This document shows, in pieces, positions 23,513-35,105 of a stretch of DNA of 64,000 nucleotides; the stretch's first letter is position 1; each line of letters begins with the position of its first letter. The position numbers were made by a program, and so were the translations under genes. The notes beneath the pieces are model-generated. The model had not been told where the DNA came from. It did no database searches and saw only the letters and a list, made by a program, of their open reading frames with translations. Source of the stretch: Carcharhinus amblyrhynchos (lineage: Eukaryota); NCBI GenBank assembly GCA_965287045.1, contig OZ336870.1, positions 127,100,001 through 127,164,000 on the forward strand, in the 5' to 3' direction.

Positions 23513-24009
23513 CTGGGTGGAGGGTAATCACCCATGGTGATCCTCAGATCTGGGTTTAGATAGGGGCTTTGGTTTATGTCGCATTGGAAGGATTTGAGGT
23601 GTCAATGTGGACTATATACTCTTGTTTCTAGGTTGAGGCTTAAAGCCAAAATCACTTCATTAAACAAAGGCACAATGCTAACACTGAGCCAAGATTGAGA
23701 GTTTTTGATTAATAATTATGGCACATCTGATATTTCCTCAATCAACACCAATTGTTGCATTAGAAGTTTTGAGAAGATACAAGAATCAGTAAAAAAAAAA
23801 TCCCAGTGTATCAGTGTTTTAAATAACCCATCCAAAATACATCTGCTCGTGAAGCCTGTGAGTGTAACAAAAATGCCAAATCTTGAATAAGTAGATGTTT
23901 GGAATCACCCTGTCATTGACATAAAAATCAACCAGTCGCATTTTCCAGAGTAAGATAAAGAGCCAGCACTGTTGGAGATTGGCTTTTGTAACTCAATTCA
24001 AGGGTCCGA

Positions 24010-25360
24010 GTTGGAAGGTATTTTGAGAGACAGGATCTACAGGCATTTAGAGATGCAAGGACTAATTAGGGACCGTCAGCATGGCTTTGTGAGTGAAAAT
24101 CATGTCTCACAAATTTGATTGAGTTTTTTGAAGGGGTAACTAAGAAGGTAGATGAGGGCAGTGCAGTTGATGTTGTCTTCATGGACTTTAGCAAGGCCTT
24201 TGACAAGGTACTGCGTGGTAGATTGTTGCATAAGGTTAAATCTCACGGGATCCAGGGTGAAGTATCTAAATGGATACAAAATTGGCTTCTTAACAGAAGC
24301 CAGAGGCTGGTTGTAGAGGGTTGTTTTTCAAACGGGAGGCCTGTGACCAGCAGTGTGCCTCAGTGACCAGTGCTGGGTCCACTGTTATTTGTCATTTATA
24401 TTAATGATTTGGATGACAATATAGGAGCCATGGTTAGTAATTTTGCAGATGATGCCAAGATTGGTGGCATAGTGGACAATGAAGAAAATTATCTCCAGTT
24501 GCAATGGGATCTTGATCAGTTGGGCCAGTGGGCTGACGAATGGCAGATGGAGTTTAGTTTAGACAAATACGAGATGATGCATTTTGGTAGATTGAACCAG
24601 GGCAGGACTTACTCAGTTAATGGCAGAGCATTGGGGAAAGTTATAGAACAAAGAGATCTTGGGGTATATGTTCATAGCTCCTTGAAAGTGGAGCCACAGG
24701 TGGATAGAGTGGTAAAGAAGGCATTCAGCATGCTTGGTTTCATTGGTCAGAACGTTGAATACAGGAGTTGGGATGTCTTGTTGAAATTGTACAAGACATT
24801 GGTAAGGCCCCACTTGAAATACTATGTACATCTCTGGTCACCCTATTATAGAAAAGATATTATTAAACTAGAAAGAGTGCAGAAAAGATTTACTAGGATG
24901 CTATCAGGACTTGATGATTTGAGTTATAAGGAGAAGCGGGATAGACTTTTTCTCTGGAGTGTAGGAGGCTGAGGGGTGATCTTATAGAGGTCTATAAAAT
25001 AATGAGGGGCACAGATCAGCTGGATAGTCAATATCTTTTCCCAAAGGTAGGGGAGTCTAAAACTAGAGGGTGTAGGTTTAAGGTGAGAGGGGAGAGATAC
25101 AAAAGTGTCCAGAGGGGAAATTCTTCAGGGTGGTCAGTGTCTGGAACAAGCTGCCAGAAGTGGTAGTAGAGGCGAGTACAATTTTGTCTTTTAAAAAGCA
25201 TTTAGATAGTTACATAGGTAAGATGTGGATAGAGGGATATGGGCCAAAAGTGGGCAATTAGGATTAGCTTCGGGGTTTAAAAGAAAAGGGCGGCATGGAC
25301 AAGTTGGGCTGACTTGTCCATGCTGCAAACCTCTAGGACTCTGTAACTCTATGACTCTAT
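24010..25360 (+). mobile_element. CR1 LINE, RT domain through 3' UTR (5'-truncated, with stops and frameshifts)
   Basis: VDVVFMDFSKAFDKV, SSVPQ*, LGPLLFVIYINDLD, FADD and LYKTLVRPHL; tail ctctatgactctatg. Confidence 0.95.
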
Positions 25361-25997
25361 GCTTCACTGAGATTTCTCAATAGTACTTGAGCAACAGATG
25401 TTATTGTGAAGTGGAGTTGATATTCGGTGTTCTTGGATACTGGCATTATTACAACCTAAATATAACACCAGTGCTCCCTAGCATGGAAACTTCAGAGCAA
25501 TCCTTTCAGTTCCATATTTTATTGAGATGTTATATGCATTAGTATCAATTGGATGTTCTAAATCTTTTTTTTTTAAAAGCCAGGAAAAATATTCAGAAGA
25601 TTCAAGATCTATCATAAGGTTATCATCAAAACTGAAGAGAACATTACAGAAGGTTAAGTAAATTGAGAAGTGACTAGGTAACTCGAGCTTGGGCTTGAAT
25701 TCCTGTCAGGGGAGCTGCATTGTTTTGAGCTCCTCAAAGAAAACACATTGGGTTAAAGTCGTAAACTGTGCTGAAGTTGTGAGGATTCAGCAAGAGTGTA
25801 AGGGAAAAATGTTGGAAATTTAGGAGGAAGCGAGCAATGTTTAGAAAAGTCACTACAATGGCAGGGTTAAAAAAAACTGTTATACTCCTCAAAATTTGGC
25901 ACTCAGAAGAGACTTATTGTGTGACCAGATGGCTTTGATTTTTAATTCTTGCTCTCCATGTGTAAAAGCAATCTGATGTTACCAGGAATGGCAATTT

Positions 25998-26309
25998 TAG
26001 AATCCATGCTGTGCAGAAGGAGGCCATTTGGCCCATTGAGTCTGCACCGACGACAATCCCACCCAGGCCATATCTCGGTAACCCCACACATTTACTCTGC
26101 TAATCCCCCTGACACTGTGGGGCAATTTAGCATAGCCAGTCAACCTAACCTGCACGTCTTTGGAGTGTGGGAGGAAGCCAGAACATCCAGAAGAAACCCA
26201 CACAGACATGGGGAGAATGTGCAAACTCTACACAGATAGTGACCCGAGACCGGAATTGAACCTGGGTCCCTGGTACTGTGAGGCAGCAGTGCTAACCACT
26301 GTGCTGCCC
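25998..26309 (-). mobile_element. Near full-length HE1-like tRNA-derived SINE
   Basis: Minus-strand head has an A-box-like gcacagtggttagc and B-box ggttcaattcc; body gtgtgggtttcttctggatgttctggcttcctccc; CR1-like tail. Confidence 0.9.
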
Positions 26310-27329
26310 AATAAATGCATCAATGCATTATAATTTAAAAGTTGAGATGAGCTGCAGTTGACATTTTGCAGCCCCAGTCGTATTAATATGCAAAATATGC
26401 TATGTAAGGATGGGAAAGAATTAATTGAAATTGAACTCTTTGGCAGGAAAAGGCTCAGGAGAATTTCTGCCTTATTAATGTTCATAAGATTAGTTACTGA
26501 ACAATGAGGCATTATCCCACAGGCCAGTTGTCCTATAAGCAGGGCATTGTACAGGGGACAATTTATTTCAAAGTTGAGATTTAGCAATGGGATTAACTGA
26601 ATGCATTTTTCAGTGGTGTGTGTTAAGTCGGACATCTTTTATTTAAGGACCATGGCACTAGGGTAATTGCTGCAGTATTTTGTGAATGAATCTAAATTTG
26701 TTCCTGTAGATTCTATTTATAATGCTGCCACACGGAATAGAGCCCACACATTTTCAAATAATCAGTGATTGAGCTTGTATGCAAAGTCAAGTTGCTAACA
26801 CTTTCCTCCTTTGGGCTGTCCCATTTCCTTATATCGCTGTCATTTGGACATCCACTGTGCCGCATCCATACATTAAGCACTTTAAGTACTAGTGTGATCA
26901 TTGTGGATGAATTTCACTGTACTGCTTTTCGTTAAATGCGTGACTGGGCAGGAAGTTGTACATAAGTGTGCTTCAGTTGACTGGCATATTTTTTGCTAGC
27001 TATCCAATAACATGTTGAATAATGCTTACTCCAAACCAAAACCTTCTGATACTTTGCCCTGTGCAACCACAATTCATTGTTGCACAATTACCTAATTGTT
27101 ATAAATAGGGTAGCAGGATCAAAATGATATGTCATTTGTATTGTGGTTGCATCTTCCATCAAAGTCATGAATCATTCTAAAACCTTTTGCTTTTGAGGAT
27201 ATAATACTGTAGCTTTGTGAAGTAATTAATCATTTTCTTCTGAAATCCCAAAGTTAGAGGCTTTCCGATGTTTAATCACATCATTTTGCACCTTGGATTA
27301 TTGTCACACAGCAACTTCAACTTATTATG

Positions 27330-27550
27330 TGAGATCCCACAACAGCAATGACCAGATAACCTGTTTTAGTGATATTGTTAATGGAAAAATATTTACCATG
27401 ACATTAGGAAATACTGTCTGATTGTCTTTGAAATAGTGTCATGTCCACCTCAGAGGGCAGGTATTTTAACATCTCATCTGAAAGACAATACCTTCAACCA
27501 TGCAGCATTTATTCAGCAATGAGTTTGGAAAATTAGTCTAGATTTATGGC
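27330..27550 (-). mobile_element. SacSINE1/DeuSINE-like remnant
   Basis: agatcccacaacagcaatgaccagataacctgttttagtgat...ttaacatctcatctgaaagac. Confidence 0.65.
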
Positions 27551-29126
27551 GTAGGAAAGAAACTACTACTCAAACATTTCTTTGAGCAGTGGACAGCCTG
27601 AAAAGGTCACTGAAAAATAATTGTCTGAAGAAACCTTACTGGGACTGTGTTCACCTACTTTACAATAGAACAGGAATCACTGGAAATACATAGGAGATCA
27701 GGCAGCATCCTCAGTGAGGAAGATCAGTCGATACTTTTATCAGAACCAAGACAGAGAAATGGAACTTCAAGACTACAGGAGGGGTGACAGTAAAACAAAT
27801 TAATGTACAGATTTTTAAAAATCATGGAGTAGATTTTGGTCTTTACTACCTGGGGATTATAGTGAAATGCTCTTAATGTGTCAAACTGCCTCCACGCCCC
27901 ATATTCTTCCTGCCCATCCAGTGCTCTGACGCTCCTTGGAGACAGCGGGTGGGTGAACCTCTTCAGGCCTTCTCAAGTTCTGTTTCTGTATTGTTAGGAG
28001 AATGCTGGCAACGGGGCAGGAAAAGCTAACTGTAGGCTACAGATGGGTTGAAACATTAATATGAGAAAGTGCAACATTTGTTTGTCTTAAACAGACAGAA
28101 AAATAATCATGAATTTTACACTCTCCCTGAGCATTCATAGTCAATATAATGAATTGCAAAATCCTATTATTGGTGTGATATACCAGCCCCATGGATTTTT
28201 CATGCAATTTATATCTTCAGGAAGGCTACCTCAACAATAATTATGACCAACAGTGTCCAGATAGATGATGCTGCTTGGAACAATGAAAATCAGGTTTCAG
28301 CACTAATTTCAACTGGCTCTGCTAAGTTTGGATTTCCTACCTTTGTGACCTATGCCTTACCCCCTTCCCCCTGCAAGCGTAAGTGGGCTCTGATGGAAAT
28401 AAGCCAACTCCACACTCCACAGTTTTAGTTCTCTTAACATCAATGGTATTGGTTGTCCAAATATTCCGGTTGATAAGTACACCATCAAATATTTTATTAA
28501 GTAATATGGAGCTGTAAGGTTCCCTCACCCTCATCTGCTGAGTTGGCCCAGCTGACCTACAAAAGATTACAGGCATTACAATTATTCTCAAAGCCACCCG
28601 ATTTGAGGAGGATAAAAATTTACGTGACCTGCAGGATAAATGAGGTTTGGTGCAACCAGATTTGGTGTCAATAGTGATGTCAAAGGCTGAAATATCTCTT
28701 CAGCTGAGATGGGAAGTGGAACAATGATCTGTGACTTCAGATCCCCACCTACCTTTGCCCCAACTTTGAGTTGTTTCCCACAATTGTGCTTTCTCGTTGT
28801 TGTGCCATATCCTGCACAGGAAGCCACTTTCTGCAACTGTGTGTGTTAAGGTCAGCTGACTTTGAACAGTTATGTCATCAGATCATTTTAGGTTTCGTAA
28901 TGCAAAGACCTCTAACTTCGGCTAATTGACATACGAAGGTGCATGAAAGCATTGTTTGTTCAAGTAGATCTGTACATAAATCCCCGTGGATAACCGGAAA
29001 CATGACAGCGTATTACAACATTAGAGGGTGAGCGTGTTCCAAAATGCTCCAGGAGTCGCCGATTACACTCAAGCTATTTTAAATCAATATGATGAGGAAT
29101 CCATTTTTCAATTTGGATATTGTTTA

Positions 29127-29372
29127 TAGGAACAAAACAGTAGAATTAGGCCATTTTGCCCCTCAAGCCTGGTCGGCCATTGAACTAGATCATAGCTGAT
29201 CTTCTATCTCAATGCCATCTTCCTGCACTATTCTATACCCCTTGATATCATTGGTATCTAGAAATCTTATCAACTTCAGCTTTGAAGATACGCAATGACT
29301 CAGCTTCCACAGTCGTCTGGGGTAGCAAATTCCAAAGATTCTTCATTGAAGAAATTTTTCCTCATCTCGGTT
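29127..29372 (-). mobile_element. CR1 3' end
   Basis: ggccattttgccctcaagcctgg...gatcatagctgatc...aagaaatttttcctcatctc. Confidence 0.8.
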
Positions 29373-29615
29373 CTGCTTTGTTGCTTTATGCAATTGGGTA
29401 CTTATTAACTCTATTGGCTGTGAAACAGTTTGGGATGACCTAAGGTTGTAAAAATCTCGACATGAAGTTTTTTTAAATGGATGAAAATTTGAATGATCCA
29501 AACGAATGGAGATTGCTGGACCAAAAAAAAAGTTTTTTTTAACAAGCAAAACCAAAAATGTTGCAAAATCTCAGCAGGCCTGACAGCATTTTTAGAGAGA
29601 GAACATAGCTACAGC

Positions 29616-30705
29616 TAGAATAGAGAAAATTACAGCACAGGAACAGGCCCTTCGGTCCTCCAAGCCTGCACCGACCAGGCTGCCCGACTTAACTAAACCG
29701 TCTACTCTTGTGGGGACCATATCCCTCCAGTACCATCCTATTTGTGTATTTGTCCAGATGCCCCTTAAAACTCACTATCGTATCTATTTCTACTACCTCC
29801 CCGGCAGTGAGTTCCAGACACCCACCACTCTGAGTAAAAAAAAACTTGCCTCGTACATCTCCTTTAAACCTTGCCCCTTGCACCTTAAACCTATGCCCCT
29901 AGGAAAAAGCTTCTAACTGTTCACCCTGTCCATGCCCCTCATAATCTTGGAGACTTTTATCAGGCTGCTCCTCAACCTCCTTCATTCCAGTGAGAACAAA
30001 CCGGGTTTCTCTAACCTCTTCTCATAGCTGATGCCCTCCATGCCAGGCAACATCCCAATAAATCTTCTTTGTACCCACTCCAAAGCCTCCACATCCTTCT
30101 GGTAGTGTGGCGACCAGAATTGAACACTATATTCCAAGTGCGACCTAGCTAAGGTTCTATAAAGCTGGAACATGAATGGCCAATTTTTAAATTCAGTGCC
30201 TCAGCCGAGGAAGGCAAGCATGCTGTATGCCTTCTTGACTACCTTCTTCACCTGCGTTGCCACTTTCAGTGACCTGTGTATCTGTACACACAGACCCCTC
30301 TGCCTATAAATACTCTTAAGGGTTTTGCCATTTCCTATCTTTACGAGACCTTCCAAAATGCTTTCCTCACATTTGTCCAGATTAAACTCCCATCGCCATC
30401 TTGCCGCTCAAGCCTCCAACTGATCTATGTCCTCTGATGGTCCTCATCGCTATCTCAAATCCACCAACCTTTGTGTCATCTGCAAACTTACTAATCAAAC
30501 CGATTACATTTTCTTCCAGATCATTTATATATATATTACGAACATCAAAGGTCCCAGCGCTGATCCCTGAGGAACGCCACTTGTCACAGCCCTCCATTCA
30601 GAGAACCACCCTCCTACTGCTACCCAGTGTCTTCTATGACTGAGTCAGTTCTGCATCCACCTTGCCAGCTCACCTCTGATCCATGCAACTTCACCTTCTG
30701 CACCA
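29616..30705 (-). mobile_element. CR1 LINE RT-to-tail fragment inserted in a Penelope-type inverted repeat
   Basis: [24 protein letters not shown] and LYRTLARSHLEYSVQFWSPHYQKD. The flanks 29545-29610 and 30706-30786 are inverted copies of the Penelope-associated repeat. Confidence 0.92.
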
Positions 30706-33700
30706 AAAACATGTCAGACCTGCTAAGATTTTCCAGCATTATCTATTCTTGTGTCAGATTCTAGTATCTGCAATAATTTGCTTTTACATAAATACTTTTT
30801 CTTAATGTGTCCATTTTCTCCACTATCTCATGAAATTGGAAAAGTCTGAGTAGTACTTGATTTTTCTTTGCAACCTTGTCATTTCCACACATTTCAGCTG
30901 CATTCTTCTTTAATATCAACAACAACTAGTATTTATACAGAACCTTTAGCATGGTGAAATGCACCAAGATATTTTACAAGATCTGAGTGTCCTAAAATGC
31001 AGTAAAGTCAACCAAGTATTTTTAAAGCAGAATCAGGGTTGTAACATAGGATACTGCTACAGCAAGTCTCTGCAACTTCTCCAGGTACTTCTGATATTCA
31101 CTTTCCCTCCCAGTACATCCATCCGACCCTTAGCCCACAACTCCCTTGTCCTCAATTCTCAGCTGGGCTTTTGCTTCAGTGCAATTCTGATGGAATGCCA
31201 TTTTGTCACAAGTACATTACTCCAAAAAAGGTGTTAAACTGTGGACCCATTTACTTGTTTCAGTTGATGCAACAGATCACATAGCCCTTTTGAAGAAAGG
31301 CTAGACTTTTCTCCGGTGACTTCACCAACATTCCCCATTGACCAGCCATCCTGTACTTTATCTGCTGGTTGATCTTGCCATGCACACGTTGGCTGTATCC
31401 CGAGTTACGTTTTACAAAGCAGTTTATTAACCATGAAGTGCTTTGGCTGATCTAAGAGAAGTGATTACATGCCCTGTTAATGCAAGATTTTCCTCGTGTG
31501 CAGAACTGCAGGTGATTCACTGTTTTTATTGACTTAGTTTTTTTTAACATTGTATTTTTCAAACATTATAAACTTACATAACAATATTCCCTCACAGTAT
31601 TTTTAAAAATCCACCTTTCAAGGAAGGTCTTTGTAGCTTCATAGCCCGAAGGTAATGAACAATGAAAATTACATTTGTTTCAAAAATTTAAGCAGGCATA
31701 TTTTCTGATCATCAAAGTTTAGGTACAAAATGCTTAAGATAAACTACTTAGTAGCTACTTAAAAATAGAACACAAGGAGTAAACAGTTGGACCTTGATGA
31801 CTGGAAAATGCCCTTGAATAAATCTGTAATGATCACATGAGATGTAAATATTCTATATATACGAAATAAGATATTTTTGAATGAAAACTGATGAGTAATG
31901 TACCTCGCTTTGGATAGTAAATACAATGTTGGTGTCTAATCAGTTTATACTTTCCAGCAAATATATGCATAATCTGGGACAGATGTCACCGGATCAGCTG
32001 CTAACACATTATTTGCTGCATTATTAACCACTTTCCATGAAACACCCTCTATTTGGTGCTAATCCAAATAACTAAATGAAAGAAATTAGAGTGACATGAG
32101 TGGGCCTTTCATAGCTGAAGGGTGCCAGTGGGTCTTCCTGTGGTTAACATTTTCATGGTTTAGGTCGCATTCTTTTCTAGTTAATTGTTTTGACTTTTCC
32201 ACAGTAGACACGAGCAGTATGGTCATGTCAGCCTTTTGTGATTGTGTAGTTGCCGGTGGCTTTCCACAAGATCCTTTCTCATTCTTTTTTGCTGCAGTTG
32301 GTGACTAAAGAAACATGCATGTCCTTGATCAGTTGCCAGGACAACCATCATGCATGAGTGGAAAAGTTCATTACAGCTGTTTTTGCAAATGAAGTATGGA
32401 TCTCTCTGCGATAGGTTTTTTAAGAAGTGACTAATCCAATATGTTAGTAATCTGTGTGACAGTATGAATAATTTCATAAATATTTTAATTACACTGTCTG
32501 CAGGTGTCTGATTTGCATAATCAGAGCCATCCAGGAGTAATGGGACTTGGCTCAGTTTATTCAAACATATGTGCATACAGAATCACATCCCTTATCTTCT
32601 GGCCTGCAAGGTCAGGTTATTATTGTGTCTGCTTAATAGGAACCAGAGTGGTGGACGTGTTGTGAATTGACTTGTGTTAGTTGGTATGTTATATTCCACA
32701 GCTGCAGCATCCATTGGGATATCTTTTCTTCTGCCTTTGTTTACAGTGCATCAAAATGAAAACCAGATCAAAGTCCATTTCCATTTTTCCAGCTTCCTGA
32801 AAATATTCATATGATAATCATAAGCTTCTTTGCTGTATTATGTTTACCAGTTGTTCTTGCCTACCTCCATGCCTTTAATCTCTGGCCCTATATGTTGACA
32901 GATTAAAGTGACACAGCCTCTGACAGTGCAGCACTGGGATTTAGTTTGGCCCATGTAGTTTGTGTGTGGGTGTGGGGCATGGAGTTAATTTAAGATGATG
33001 GAATGCGAGAATGTGTCTTTTTAATTCCCTGATTCAGTGTATTGAACTGCCGCTTCAGAGTAAACTTCAAGGGTTGTGAAAAATAGATGTAGACCCGGCT
33101 TTACAGTCACTGAAAACGGTAGTGCTATTGTCAACTATTGAGAATCTTTGATCATGATTTCTGCTAATGATCTTACACCACTGAATTTGTTTATGCAGCC
33201 CTGTGGCTGGTGCAGAGTTGAGGCCACTCTAAATGCCTGTGTCACTTGCAAGACGTTTTCTGCATCTGGGTTTCTGTCAGTGGGCTCAAGGCTCTGTGTG
33301 ACTATGGACGCCACAGGGAAGTGTGTCATTGACATGAGTAACAATATAATTATTTTATTTTCTAAATTTCCATTTTTCCTTTTTCACAGTTAGGTTCTTT
33401 TATCAAAAAATTGAAGGACATGTTAAGAAAGAGTAGTTAATTTATCATAAAAGGAAGATTCATGAACTCAGGAATGCAGTATCCAAAGACAAACAGCAGT
33501 GTCTCAGATGGTTGCCTTCTGGCTATCCTATAACCAATATTTGAAATGTACACTGCCAATTGTCCACATTGGCCCATGTGTCGGATCTTTTGAACCATGC
33601 ACCTGGCAAGTGTGAACCTGCGTTGGGAATGTACACTTATAGTTTATCCAATAAAACCTCCCACCAATGTGAATGGGATCGATTCACTGCATGGGAAGTC

Positions 33701-33849
33701 AAACTTGTTACCTTTGATACAAGTGCCATGTTTTAGTAACTAATTTTAGTTTCAGCAAAAGCTGTTCCCCTTTTGGATCAAAACCAGATGAATACAACAT
33801 GGGGTGAGAAAGAAACCTGGCAGGTATCAAGTTTTTAAACAGATTCCTG

Positions 33850-34130
33850 TTTTTCTTTTTCTCTTAGTTTTATTCTCCCACCCCTCTGCTGAAATCATTA
33901 ACTCCTTACAGGACTAGAATTCCAAGATGTTATCAGGCACTGGTACCTCAACTTTGTGAATGATTCTGGATAACTTTTTTTTTAACCTTTAGAGGCATTG
34001 CAGTGACCTTGATTCTGCTATCTTCTGATATCTACACTCATGCAGTTCCAGCAAGGATAGTTATCAGTAATGGGCACAATGAACAATTTTCTTCTTTCTA
34101 ACACTTGCCACTAGATCAATTATAGCACCG
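33850..34130 (-). mobile_element. Ancient SINE-like repeat (same family as 56515-56845)
   Basis: Weak inverted similarity to 56515-56845 by eye. Confidence 0.4.
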
Positions 34131-34177
34131 GTTCTGCTTTTTGGTTTAACTGTTGCTGGGTGAATTTGATGAAACTG

Positions 34178-35105
34178 TGTAGAACTCAGATAAACCAGAT
34201 TCCTCGACTTAAAAGGAGTTAGTTTTATTACTAAAAGTCACTCAAATAGAGATGCAGAAATTGTTAACAAAGATTTGAAATGTATTAATATGTCCAGTTT
34301 CTCACTAATGGGGGAAAAAAAAACACCTAAACAGCTTAACCTGGCATTCACAAAAAAAAACTTTACAGAGTGTCAGATGTTAAAACCTGGCCACTTTTTA
34401 AAAAAATGTTAAAGTAAAAAAAAAAATTCATGGATTGTCCGAATGCTTGCTCAGAGCTATAGTCGCTTTCTGTGGGTGGCTGCTGGTACTTCAATTTCTC
34501 ATTGAAGCAGTTGCTCTGCAGTCATGATTGGTTGAGTCCCATTTCTCTTGACAACAGTGGTGATAAGTTAGAATCCTCCTTTAAGAATGCTTTGTTTGCA
34601 GCAGTAAGGTCTTTTTGTGGGTTTTTAAACCATAAACAAGGTTCAGCTTTATTGAGGGAGGTTTCAGAAAGATGGCGCGATAAGCATGTTGCACCAACTT
34701 GCCTGTGTCATTCTCATGTCTCTTAGTTTAAGTCAAGTCTATTTTATAGCCAAGAACGGGACTTTGGGACTTGTCTTAGCCATTGCCTCTGAGAGCTCCG
34801 TAGATTCCATGAGTGGGATTTTATGGCCTAGCTCGACCTACACTGAAAAATACTATCTGAGGTCAACAGACATTTCTGTTGTCTGCCCCTCACCCACTCT
34901 GATTCTGTGATGGGCGAGGTGATAAAATTCTGGCGCATGGTTGGAATTTTCCTGTCAAGCCCATCACAAGAATTGTGCTGGTGGGGTGGAGGAGGCAGAT
35001 CATGCAAAGGTCCGTTGACCTTGGGTGGGATTTTCTGGTTTTGGGGAAAGCATGGCTGGAAAATTCCACCCCACGTCTCCAAAAAGTGACTTGTTGCCTT
35101 CACAA
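34178..35105. mobile_element. LTR-like segment carrying two MITEs
   Basis: tgtagaac start, ttttatta signal and a ...cttcaca end; no TSD was confirmed. Confidence 0.35.
34811..35071. mobile_element. Two adjacent ~130-bp MITEs in opposite orientation
   Basis: gagtgggattttatggcc...taaaattctggcgc and ggttggaattttcc...ggaaaattccaccc; same family as 59382-59507. Confidence 0.65.

Noticed and set aside
26228-26309. tRNA gene (A/B boxes)
   Set aside because: This is the tRNA-derived head of a SINE; no complete cloverleaf is evident.
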